A stretch of DNA of 33,217 nt, from NCBI GenBank assembly GCA_000934665.2, contig KZ538148.1, forward strand, positions 124,001 to 157,217. The letters run 5' to 3'. The notes below the pieces were generated by a model that did not search any database, was not told the DNA's origin, and saw only the letters and a program-made list of their open reading frames with translations. Numbering within the stretch: the stretch's first letter is position 1; the number at the start of each line of letters is the position of its first letter. This document shows positions 11,403 through 22,034 of this stretch, in pieces. The DNA is from Catajapyx aquilonaris (lineage: Eukaryota). A program made the position numbers and the translations under genes.

Positions 11403-11615
11403 AGGCCGATATCGACGTGCGAGTTCCTCGTATGCGAGTCCTCTTACGCGAGAAATCTTGTACGTCGAGACGGACTCTTTGTCGCCTCAGGGCCCCTCTT
11501 GTCCCTCGAAAAGGGGATTAAAGTTGAAAATTTTCAACTTTTCCTCGTTCCTCGGATCCAGGCATGCGCAGTTGGCTTCTCGTATGCGAGAAAACTTGTA
11601 CGTGGATACCAGCCT
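11403..11615. mobile_element. MITE (AGGCCGRTATC termini), copy 1
   Basis: taa|aggccgatatcgacgt...acgtggataccagcct|tga. Internal homology to 11841-12040. Confidence 0.75.
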
Positions 11616-11840
11616 TGAGCACCATGTTGGGGTACCAGTAACCAAGGGTCGTTCTAACTGAAGCATTAGCAAGTTTTTAAAAAATTTTACATGTGACACG
11701 ACAGCTACCTCATGCGTGCTGTGTAAACAACTAATACCAAATCTGTAACCGCATGTACATTTTGTTCTCTTGTACATATTTTCAAACCACAACTACCGTT
11801 TGTACTCTTTTCACAAAGTGTCCCTTCCAGGATTGAGTTA

Positions 11841-12040
11841 AGGCCGGTATCGACGAAAAAGTTTATCTGGCACGAGTCCTCTTGAGCTAGGAATCTTGTC
11901 TGTCGAGACGGATTCTATGTCGCCTCAGGGCCCCTCTGGTCCCTCGGAAATGGGATTAAAGTTGAAAATTGTCTACTTTTTCTCATTCCTCTGATCCGGG
12001 CATGTAAATATTAGTAAATCTTTTACGTGAATATCGGCCT
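11841..12040. mobile_element. MITE (AGGCCGRTATC termini), copy 2, TTA TSD
   Basis: tta|aggccggtatcgacg...cgtgaatatcggcct|tta. Shares gtcgagacgga..tgtcgcctcagggcccctct..ggattaaagttgaaaatt with copy 1. Confidence 0.8.
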
Positions 12041-12041
12041 T

Positions 12042-12168
12042 TATAGATGGGTCGGCGAACGAACGCAAGCAGATGGCCAATTTTATGACAGGTCGGAATA
12101 CAGTTTGTAATGTAATTCCTGTAATAAAATTGGGCACCCGCTTGCGTTCGTTCACCGACCCATCTATA
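12042..12168. mobile_element. Small MITE with ~50-bp TIRs
   Basis: tatagatgggtcggcgaacgaacgcaagc...gcttgcgttcgttcaccgacccatctata. Confidence 0.8.
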
Positions 12169-12928
12169 GTGGTGTGCCATGGTAATTAGTGAAAGTTGTT
12201 CCAAATAATGTTAGATGAAAAAGTGACGGTAAGTTTAAAAAAATGTCTATTCTTGAATAGTGAAACTCTCAGCTTTAAAGTTGAGCATTTGCTTTGGAAA
12301 TGGCCACAGAAGGTGCTAGCAACCTGCCAGAATTTTCATAGGAGGCTTACTGTAATGTCATTAGGAACAACCACTACGAAAGATTTTGTACACTACAAAA
12401 TCAATCCTGGAAGGGATCCTGTCTACAAGTGACAATAAATAAATACAATAAGTGCTAAGTGGAGAAGTAGGGAGTAAAAATATACAAGCAATATTGATTA
12501 AGTCGAGTGCAATTTATACTATTGTTTGTTTGTTTTAATACCTTGTGATAGGGCCAGGGGCAGGTAATTCCATGTCAAATCATCACAGTTTTGAATTAAA
12601 ATTGGCCTGAACCCCTCAGCTTTTGATGAAACTTGGTGTACCATGTATCCTTACCTAGTTATGAATGAAAACCACAAGAAAGATTTTTTTTGCCTCCGGT
12701 TCAAAAGTTAATAAATATTAAATGTTCAAATTCTGACAAAATATTGATGCATCTTGACATACTCAGGTATTATTTTCTCAGGAACCAGATGAGATAGAAA
12801 CCTGGGCAATGTTTCATATTAAAGGTATTTAGATGGTCTTTAATGTGATATGTAACATAACAGATGTTAACATTTATTACAAATTTAACTCCATTAAATT
12901 TTAAAATTGAATATTTCGAAATAATGTA

Positions 12929-13053
12929 CTATATACGCCAAATTGTTTCATACCTCCGGGGTATGAAACAATTTGTCGTATATAGCACTATACCTATGTA
13001 TACGACAAATTGTTTCATACCCCGGGGGGTATGAAACAATTTGGCGTATACAG
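12929..13053. mobile_element. TA-flanked double-hairpin MITE
   Basis: Two copies of the self-palindromic unit tatacg.caaattgtttcatacc..ggtatgaaacaatttg.cgtata. Absent from the opposite arm of the host element. Confidence 0.85.
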
Positions 13054-14260
13054 TACATCATTTTCAAAAGTTTGAAAAAATTCTCCAAATTACTTCGTAC
13101 TATCCTCTTGCACCTCCCAACGCTTCATTTTGAGATTGCAATGGGATCAGGTGATACAGAGAGTACAAGTTTCACATGTGCGAAACAAATACTTAACATG
13201 CTGGATCTAGATTTTCATGAAAGTCTAGGTGTAGCCAAATGTAGTCTTCAAGATCATGATCATGCTTAATGAACATTTTATTCTTAGCATATGCCAACTA
13301 AAAAATTAAATTCAATATACAAGAAAAAAAATTATTTCATCACATTACTCCAAAACATGAACATAGCATTTGTCCATATGCTGGAGGTGGTGGCTCAGAA
13401 ATCAAGGCTATTGGTATTTTGTTGAGTCCAGTAAGTTGTTAGTTTATCTGCACTCTTCTTTTCACCTTCTGAAGAGTGTAAACCCAACCGGTTGGCCTAC
13501 AGGGATTCACTATGATGCAAAGTACCAGTATACTACTAGAAGCAATCCCAAGCACATCAGGTGGTGAAGGGTAAGAAGAAGAAGGTTCTGATGGGTGCAG
13601 GAATGTCACTTGAATCACTTCATTATCATCTCCATTTCTTCCCAAAACATAGTTTCCAAGGTCGAAATTTAACAATAAACTAAAGAAATTTTAACAATGT
13701 TTGGACGGCTCACCTGCTCAATATAAAAATAAAAGAACTTTGTGAGCCTTTGCAATCCCAAAAATGGTTTTGGAATAATTGAATCAGAAAACGGAGATGA
13801 TAATGAAGTGATTAAAGCGACATTTCTGCACCCATCAGAACCTTCTTGTTCTTACCCTTCACCACCTGATGGGCTTGGGACTCCTTCTACTGGTATACTT
13901 TGCATCATAGTGAATCCCTGTAGGCCAACCGGTTGGTTTTACACTCTTCAGAAGGTGAAAAGAAAAGTGCAGATAAACTAAAAACTTACTGGACTCAACA
14001 AAAGACCTTTAGCCTTGATTTCTGAGCCACCACCTCCAGCATATGGACAAATGCTATGTTCATGTTTTGGGGTAATCTGATGAAAGTTTTTTTTTTTTTT
14101 TCCTGTACAGTAGAACCCGGATTATCTGTCACCCATGGGACTGGGTCATCGTCAGATAATCCGACGAGCAAAGAATACTTTAATGAAAAGCAACAAGAAA
14201 AAACATGAAATAATGTACAATATCATGGTTTTATAAGAAATAGAGAAGTATTTATCTTTT

Positions 14261-16041
14261 ATATGAAGACCTCGGGAGAAAATTGATCAAGGTCCATCTC
14301 ATGTGAAACTGAGATATTGCAATTTCAAACTTGGATTACTCACCACAATTCTTGTTTACATCCCAACGTTTGTTTGAAAGTCATTATTAATGGTACATAC
14401 CATGGGGTACATGCAACAACTAAAACCAATATTGTTGTCAGCATAGGTTTTTATTTATCAACATCAGTACCACATGTGGCAAAGGGCAGGTCCACATAAA
14501 AATGTCAATAACCTTGGAGTACCGATGGCATGAGGCTCTGAAAATCATTGTATTTCGCTTACGAAATTGGCAGTCGCCCTGGATACATCTCACGAGGCTG
14601 ACCTGAAGGTGGTACATGCCTCTTCACAACAATCGACGATCCGCACGGCCCATCAAAAGTGGGAAAGTCTATCGTTTATCCGCACCTAGCGACGCGGCAG
14701 GGTTGGGAAGGCGTGGTGGACTCCAAACATGTTGGCTATAGGTCGCAAACTATCGGTTTGCGGGAGAGCACAACAAATCGCGTCTTGTAACCCCTGCCAC
14801 GCGAAACGAACTGACGAGTGCTAGGTGACAGTATTAATGAAGGAGGTGGGCAATATTAAAGCCATGATGGTTGCTGCAGTCCGTTAACCCAAAGAACGAC
14901 ACTTCATCAAGCAACCATGAAGGCATTCGAATTTGGCTGGCAGCAGTATCAAGGCACCCGATTGTTTGTGACGCAACGTTGCCAACCGTCTGGAGGCCCC
15001 CCGCCCGCCCAACTCCGACCGCGTTGTAAAGGTGCGGATAAACAATAAATAGTTTATCCCAAAAGTGTTCCTGTGACAGATCAGCTTGGGTTCGCTTTCA
15101 AGGATCTTCTCTCGGCTTTTCTGACTTTTGTGAATAGGAAATGGGCATTTGGAGACTGAGTTTTTGTACGTATGAATTACGCAAAAAAGGATTCGCCTTT
15201 CATGCATCTGCAAAAATTGTGGCCCAATCGGAAGGAACAAACGTTTCAGAACTCGGCTTTATCAAGCCAAAATCTTTGTCACACTACTCCATGTAACTGT
15301 GACCTCAAATGGGAAATGTCACTTGGATTGTTAGAAACCTAAGCGCAAACAACTGTAGCATGATACATGTGGCCTCTGATGATTGTGTAGTTTTTATTTT
15401 GCCCCCCATTTGTAAAAATCATTGACTGTCTCCGAGTGCAAGAGTAGACATTGATAATTTTTCCCCCTAAGGTGGTGGACGTTGATAGTTCTTCCAACAA
15501 TGCCAATTATTTCAGGGCCTCTCATAGCGAACTATGATCATATCACCACAACAATGACCAAACCATTATATTCTACGCTAATCAAACTATCCTATGGAAT
15601 ATGTAACTCATTTTTGACAAAAAGTAGACCCTGATCGTTTTTCTCCTGAGGTCTTCATATCTTATGTATGAATCTTATGGCAAAGAGTGTACCATTCTTT
15701 TCTAAATTTAGAAGATTGCAGTGATATATTGAAATATTCAGCAATAATAGGCGAGAGTGAAAGAAGGTTAGCAAGGAATGTAATAAAATTTTCATGAAGG
15801 CTATGTGCTTAAGAAGGTACTCAGTGGACGTTGATCATTTTCCCCCCAAAGGTGGTGGACGTTGATCATTCTTCCAACAATGCCAAATATTTCAGGGCCT
15901 CTCATAGCGAACTATGATAATTTCACCACAAGAACAACCAAACCATCATATTCTACGCTAGTCAAACTATCCTATGGAATATGTAACTCATTTTTGACAT
16001 AAAGTGGACCTTGATCGTTTTTTCTCCCGAGGTCTTCATAT
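14261..16041. mobile_element. Unclassified TIR element (ATATGAAGACCTCGGGAGAA termini) with duplicated right end
   Basis: atatgaagacctcgggagaaaattgatcaaggtcca versus tggaccttgatcgttttttctcccgaggtcttcatat. A second right end finishes at 15660. Confidence 0.7.
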
Positions 16042-16075
16042 ACACACTGTATTGGATTTACCATTTAACTAAGGC

Positions 16076-16079
<4 letters not shown>

Positions 16080-16122
<43 letters not shown>

Positions 16123-16387
16123 ATACCCCGTTATCAGCCTATCGGCTCTTTAGGGGGGGAAGTTTTTTGTTTTGCCTGGAACTCTTTGCTTTCATTTTTA
16201 CTGCGCTTTTTGGGATAGGATAGGGACGGAAGGAAGCGGCTGTGGCCTATTAATTGCGGAAGCAACTCCGGAATTTTCCTGGAAGGACCGTGGGAAACCA
16301 CAGAAAACCACGGTCAGAGTTGTCGGCCCTGGGATTTGATCCCGATTAGCAGTAGGACACCATATCCCCTCCTCCAAACTGCTTCGG
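16080..16387 (-). mobile_element. tRNA-derived SINE, family A
   Basis: Very similar to 3624-3914, long (TAA)n tail, 15-bp TSD ttaactaaggcaata / ttagctaaggcaata (one mismatch). Confidence 0.92.
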
Positions 16388-16522
16388 TTAGCTAAGGCAA
16401 TACAAAACAAATGCATAGTGCATTGCAGTATTTGATGAGAAAACATGGATTTATTGCTGGGGCGGGACAGTCAGATATAATCCGAGGAAGCGGATAATTG
16501 GGGTTCTACTGTATATTGAATT

Positions 16523-16735
16523 ACCGAAGCAGGTTGACATAGTGGATAAGGCGTCTGACTGCTAAAAATTCGGGAGGTCCTGGGTTCGAATCCCGGGGCC
16601 GGCAACCAAACCACGGTCTTGCTAGGATAATTCCGGGGTCGCTTCCGTATAATAGGCCACAGCCGCTTCCTTCCTTCCCTCTCCTTGGAGGTTGAAAGGC
16701 AATGCTGGGCCAACCTCCCGAATATCAATTATAAA
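16523..16735 (+). mobile_element. tRNA-derived SINE, family A head with alternative 3' tail
   Basis: ccgaagcag head, box B GGTTCGAATCC and ggccacagccgcttccttcc core, followed by an unrelated tail. 12-bp TSD gtatattgaatt (16511-16522 / 16736-16747). Confidence 0.85.
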
Positions 16736-16858
16736 GTATATTGAATTCAATGCATATGCTAAGAATAAAATGTTTATGAAGCTTGATCATGATTTAAAAG
16801 ACTTTAAGGATAGGAAGAAGTAATTTTGAGAATTTTTTCAAACTTTTGAAAATGACAT

Positions 16859-16862
<4 letters not shown>

Positions 16863-16918
<56 letters not shown>

Positions 16919-17193
16919 TCATACTCTGTTATCAGCCTTTTTCGGCTCTTTAGGGGGGAAGTTTTCTTTAGCCTGGTACTCTTTGCTTTCATTTTACTGC
17001 ATTTTTTGGGATGGGATAGGGACGGAAGGAAGCGGCTGTGCCCTGTTAATTACGGAAACAACTCTGGAATTTTCCTGGAAGGACCGTGGGAAACCACAGA
17101 AAACCACGATCAGAGTTTCCGGCCCCGGGATTTGATCCCAGGACCTCCCGATTAGCAGTCGGACACCGTATCCCCTACTCCAAACTGCTTCGG
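16863..17193 (-). mobile_element. tRNA-derived SINE, family A
   Basis: Very similar to 3624-3914, long (TAA)n tail, 16-bp TSD tgaaaatgacatatta (16847-16862 / 17194-17209). Confidence 0.93.
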
Positions 17194-17727
17194 TGAAAAT
17201 GACATATTATGAAATATTTAAATTTAAAAATTTAATTGAGTTTAAATTTTAAAATATGTTAACCTTTGTCATGTTACATATCAAATTAAAGGCCATCTAA
17301 ATACCTTTAATATGAGACATTGCCCAGGTTTCTATCTCATCTGGTTTCTGAGAAAATGATACCTCGGTATGTCAAGATGCATCAAATTTTAGTCAAAATT
17401 TGAATATTTAATATCTATTAACTTTTGAACGGTAGGCAAAAAATTTTTTTTGTGTGGTTTTCAATCACAACTAGGTAAGGACACATGGTACACCAAATTT
17501 CTTCAAAATCTGACGGGTCAAGGACAAGCAGTGTGATGATTTGACATGGAATGACCCGGGGCCTCTTAGTGGGGGAAGGACAGGTTCCCAAGGGAAGGTG
17601 CTCTTAAGTCGTCATTTCTGACCCTCTTAAATACCAGACCTTTTCTCTTGGCTCTGAGCAGAGAAGGGAGTGCAATTCTTCTCTGACATGTTGGGTGAAA
17701 AGCGAAAAAAAAGACGACCAAGCAAAG

Positions 17728-17801
17728 GTGACGGGGAAAGGATTTGAACCCCAGACCTCCTGCTTGGCTGGCCAGTAGCATAGCCTCTAGACCACCATGT
17801 C
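17728..17801 (-). mobile_element. Degenerate tRNA-like head (old SINE or tRNA pseudogene)
   Basis: Minus-strand box A TGGTCTAGAGG and box B GGTTCAAATCC at tRNA spacing. Broken acceptor stem. Confidence 0.5.
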
Positions 17802-18399
17802 AATTTATACTATTGTGGAGAACAAACATGGCTGCCCCTGGCACAGGAAGATATTGCCATGCAATCCAGTGTCTATTAGAGATCAGTGAATAAACCTGAT
17901 TTTCTGTGAATGCTAGTTTTCAGTCTGGTGCTTATACTTGAGCAGGGCTCTGTAGTAGTGTAGAGAGTGAAAGTTAAAAAGTCGCCTTAATATTACTAGT
18001 GAAATATAACCTTGGGCATTGAAACTAGTTGGAGGTGCTGTCATTGTTAATGTGCTTGACTGCTTTGCAAGTATTGCATGTCAATAGAAATAACTGTGAC
18101 TGACTCATGGCCCACAGCTTTGAGTGCAGTTAATTGCAGCTGGATGAAAAAGATAGAGAAAATAGAGCATAGCGTGTTCCGATTGAGGTGCCCATTTCAG
18201 TTACATTTTTTTTGTACACCAACCTGCTAATTATTATCAAGCAGTTACTTTAGAACAGTTGTATTAGGGACTTGAAAATGTACTAGCTTCTAATATAATG
18301 TGGAAGAGCATTCCTGTAGATCCCAAATCCCAATGAATTTATGAGCTTAAGACATTGTAAGTTACCCATTTTGGCACACTGACACCTGATATGGTTAAT

Positions 18400-19567
18400 C
18401 AGTGGTTTCCAACCTTATACCAACTGCGACCCCCCAAACATGTTTCCATAAATGTGCGACCCCCGCCCCCTTCCTCCCCCTCCCCAGCCCCTCCTACAAC
18501 TGCCCCCTTTCCAGAAAACATACACTCTGTGCGGCCGCAAAAATGGTTCAGTTGACACAGAAATTACACGAAAAAAACTTGTGATTTGGCGCAGGCCACC
18601 TAGTTCGTCTTTTTTCCATTTTTGCCCAAGAAATGACCTTTATGGCAAGTTGAAGTGAATGGAAAACAGCATTTCCGAAATGTCAATTTGATTAACATGG
18701 CGGAAGGAATCGCAAGATAATCGGACACATTTCTGAGGCCGTGCGTCCACAATTTTAATGCAGTCGTGTAGAGTATGTTCGAGATTAACATTTCCCGACA
18801 AAAAATTAAGCTCCCTACAAAATGTGTTACCAGATTTTTACTGCTGTGTCCCCGTAATCCCGGGTGTTCCCTGCACATCCAGCCAGAAATTCGTCAATTC
18901 ACCATCTTTCAATGTGCGATCGCAGCACAAATCAATGAGCTGCTCTCGTTCATAAACAGACAGTTTTTCCCTTGAAAACTCAGTGAAGAGATTGTGAACC
19001 TACCCGACCTCTGCCATGTCAATATCACCGAAATATTTCTCGAAACCCTCCTTTAGTATTTGCAAATGTGTGGAGGTGACTCGCTCTTGAATTTTGCGAC
19101 ACTGTCCTCGATATGCTCTTGCAGATGATGAAACATTTCAAATGAAGATTGCTCCACTTGTTTTTGCCAGCCAGAGTTTGAGTTTTAATTAAAATACACT
19201 TATTTTTTCGTGAAATGAAAAAATGTTCTTTGATTTGACCCCTTGCAGATAAGTGTTGAGCACATTCAACTCCTCAAAGATATCCACAAAATATGCCAGC
19301 TAACAGTCATTTTTAATCATTGCATCTGGATTTCCTTCAAATGTAAGTGGCTCTGTAGTGAGCTCGGTACCGGGGCTTCCGCGGATAGAGGAGAGCTTGA
19401 GGGCGAACGTTGCTCGATTTCTCTCACCGAACTATGGCTCAAACATACAACTCGTACAGTGTTCTCTATTTTTAAATCAAATTATTCATTATTGCGCATA
19501 AATTGCACACAATTAAAAAGTTGAACCAAGGCGCGACCTACCGCGACCCACCGGTTGGAAACCACTG
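18400..19567 (-). mobile_element. Internally deleted hAT (Charlie/Buster-type) DNA transposon
   Basis: TIR cagtggtttccaacc / ggttggaaaccactg. Flanking duplication ggttaat (7 bp visible). Subterminal gcgaccc repeats. Confidence 0.88.
18690..19310 (-). pseudogene. Frameshifted C-terminal remnant of a Buster/Charlie hAT transposase
   Basis: Hand translation gives LAYFVDIFEELNVLNTYLQGSNQ (about 19300-19230) and EKLSVYEREQLIDLCCDRTLKDGELTNFWLDVQ (about 18970-18870), both resembling Buster-family motifs. Confidence 0.8.
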
Positions 19568-19949
19568 GGTTAATAGTTGAACCCTTTTTATGCCAGTTAT
19601 ATTACCCTCCTACAGTTCTCCAAAAAGATATGGTGCATCTAATATTAGCAGCTAATATTTTGAATAGCCTGTAAAAGTAACTGGGAAGTAAATGCTTAAT
19701 ATGCATACTAACAAAAAAATCAATAACTGAAACAGACACCTCAATTGGAACACACTTACATCCTAATGTTACACCTAACTCAACCAGAATGGAAAAAATA
19801 TACTACATAGAAGCAGTATATGTTGCAATTTTTGAAAATGTGTTGTAAGTTGTAGATTACTATTTGATTTAGATTAACCACATGTGTGCATGTGCATGGA
19901 TAATCAGTGTCTGATCGTGTGAAAACACAATTGTATCGTTGTGTCTTAG

Positions 19950-20029
19950 GCGTACCATCATCAATGGTCCATAACATTTCCACAGCGCCGCCAATAGTGT
20001 CAGCAATGGGGCTCCAAATGCCACCACAT
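19950..20029 (+). CDS. RBM25: RBM25 exon 2 (GVPSSMVHNISTAPPIVSAMGLQMPPH)
   Basis: Acceptor gtgtcttag, donor CAT|gtaagt, 80 nt bridging phase 1 to phase 0. Confidence 0.82.
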
Positions 20030-20096
20030 GTAAGTTGGCACCAATGATGTGGAACTATTACAATGCAGCCACTACTTTGAAATTGATTTCTTCCAG

Positions 20097-20352
20097 ATGA
20101 TTGCTGCTCCCCCTATGCCAGCACTGACAACAGCCCACATCAGAGCCCCTCCATACAGGCCACCAAGTGTGACCACAGTGTCAGCTGCACCCCGAGTCAA
20201 TTCCTACTCGAAGCGAATGAGTGAGCCTATGGGCCCCCCTGTCACTGTGTTTGTGGGGAACATCACAGAGCGTGCTCCAGATGCAATGATCAGACACATA
20301 CTGAGTTCATGTGGACCCGTGTTGAGTTGGAAGCGTGTCCAGGGAGCCTCTG
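20097..20352 (+). CDS. RBM25: RBM25 exon 3, start of RRM (MIAAPPMP...PVTVFVGNITERAPDAMIRHILSSCGPVLSWKRVQGAS)
   Basis: Acceptor ttcttccag. RNP2 motif VFVGNI and CG.V.SWKRVQGAS are typical of RBM25. In-frame donor TCTG|gtaagg (phase 1). The 3' boundary is ambiguous, see findings. Confidence 0.88.
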
Positions 20353-21347
20353 GTAAGGTTGCAAGGCCAGTGGGCTTGAACATAGAGTAAGCTTTTTGCA
20401 CTATCATAATACAGTCAAGGTAATGGTGGCTGTGAAATTATTAATTTCCTCTGTAGTAGCCTGTGATAGATTATAACAGTTGCTATATATCTTGTAAGTG
20501 CAATGTAAACAATGGAAGGGGAGAGATATGGAGAGGGAGGTCTTGATCAGAGTTTTAAAATATAGGGTGTAAATGAAATAAGTGCCCTTTTTTAAAGGAT
20601 TGATAGAGTGACTCGAAAGAAACCTTTTTTGCCAATACACTTGGTGCTGCAGATGCGTCGCTAAGTCAGAAAGTGAGGGTTTGTGACATGTCACACAAAC
20701 AACGTCATACCCTTCGTAACCATAGTAATGCCATAGTAACCATACTACAACAACAATTAACTCACTAGCGCACCCGTAGCCAAAATTTGGCAAAACCTGC
20801 AATGAGGAAGACAATAATGGGAATGACAAAATAGAATGAGAGGGCTCGCGGAGTGACAACTAAGAAATATCGTATAGATGGTCGTAAGACGCGGTTGAAA
20901 AATTTAGTGGCATTGGTTGAATCAATGGACATACTGCACAGTACACTTCCTGAATCGGATATGAGAAAAGTTTTAATAAAACGTCACGATATAGTCATAT
21001 ACAACATTCTGTGTAAACACACTGTTGTTGGAGAGCAATGTTCCATGTTGAGCAGTAGGAGTAGTGAACACTTTGAGCTGACTAATTCCGGAGATATAAT
21101 ATACCTTGCAGTGTTCCGGACGCAAAAAAATTAGACGAATATTATAGGGGGAATTGGCGGTTATACTGGGATTTGCTGTCAGTTTGAACGGAGAGGAGGG
21201 GGAGGAGGAGGTGGTGGCCACCAACAGAAGGCGGAAGGGCTCACCAGCGGCGATATACCTTGGAGCGTCACAGACAGCAAAAAAAATTAGACAAATATTA
21301 TAGGGAGAATTTTTAATCCATCACCAAGGGTTCTGCTATAATATATA

Positions 21348-21880
21348 GAGGGTGTTTCAAAAGTCGGTACCTATTTTTATTTCCAAATAACTTTTCAACA
21401 AGTGCACCTGCAGAAGTGATATATGATTCAAAATGTGCGGGAATTCATAAGAATTTATCTGGGTGACACTTTGCTACTGTGACACTGCTAGCGAGCGCAG
21501 CTTTACACTTCTTCCGCGATGGCGCTGGTAACGGGGGCAGCTGTGAACAAAATGTCTGACCACCTGTCTGTAACATACGAATGGGGTCAGAGTGTTCGGG
21601 GGCTGGCCTGTGATACCACAGAGAGCGAGAGACATTTTGTTCACAGCTGCCCCCGTTATCAGCGCCACCACGACAAGAAGTGTCAATCTGCGCCTGCTAA
21701 CAGCGCCACTGCGGAAGAAGTGTAAAGCTGTGCTCACTAGCAGTGTCACAGTAGCAAAGTGTCACCCAAATAAATTCTCATGAATTCCCGCACATTTTGA
21801 ATCATATATCACTTCCGTAGGTGTACTCGTCGGAAAGTTATTCGGAAGTGAAAATAGGTACTGACTTTTGAAACACCCTG
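21348..21880. mobile_element. Tc1/mariner-type palindromic MITE (CAGGGTGTTTCAAAAG termini)
   Basis: About 210-bp left arm pairing with about 21630-21880, which carries an extra ~40-bp insert. TA flanks. Confidence 0.88.
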
Positions 21881-21884
21881 TATA

Positions 21885-22032
21885 CAGGGTGTCCCATCTT
21901 TTGTGTCCGAACAGTTATCGAAAAATTGCGCGTAGCTGCTACTTTTTAAGCAGTGACTAGGACAACAATTAGTCCAATAATGTCAGGTCTGCCATCTTGA
22001 CTAGGATAATATTGTTGCATGTGGCCACCCTG
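21885..22032. mobile_element. Small CAGGGTG-terminated Tc1/mariner-type MITE
   Basis: TA|cagggtgtccc...ggccaccctg|TA, directly abutting the previous element. Confidence 0.55.
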
Positions 22033-22034
22033 TA

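Larger units (their letters stand above)
14108..16511. mobile_element. pogo/Tigger-like non-autonomous element with nested insertions
   Basis: TA|cagtagaacccggattatctg ... cggataattggggttctactg|TA. Removing it restores the host's right TIR (ttttcctgTAtattgaatt). Confidence 0.8.
12562..17557. mobile_element. Large foldback DNA transposon derivative (possibly Sola2-related) expanded by nested insertions
   Basis: Termini aggtaattccatgtcaaatcatcaca / tgtgatgatttgacatggaatgaccc with 5-bp direct repeat ggggc (12557-12561 / 17558-17562). Left arm 12562-13638 pairs with right-arm pieces 13786-14107, 16736-16862 and 17194-17557. Superfamily from recall only. Confidence 0.8.
18171..19756. mobile_element. 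Old MITE interrupted by the hAT element
   Basis: agcgtgttccgattgaggtgcccatttcagtta versus taactgaaacagacacctcaattggaacacact. Confidence 0.6.

Noticed and set aside
14795..14830. Hammerhead ribozyme-like words (GAAA and CTGACGA); also CTGATGA near 3288, 14078 and 15376
   Set aside because: I could not build the three stems with the correct core order and spacing at any of these sites.
14884..15240. 118-aa minus-strand ORF inside the ATATGAAGAC element
   Set aside because: No transposase or recombinase motif was recognisable by eye. BLASTX would be needed to rescue it.
16011..16992. Poly-Ile and poly-Leu ORFs
   Set aside because: They are translations of the (TAA)n SINE tails.
21122..21312. 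About 35-bp direct repeat (caaaaaaattagac.aatattataggg.gaatt) about 155 bp apart
   Set aside because: Only two copies, with no array or LTR hallmarks. Not CRISPR-like, and the context is eukaryotic.
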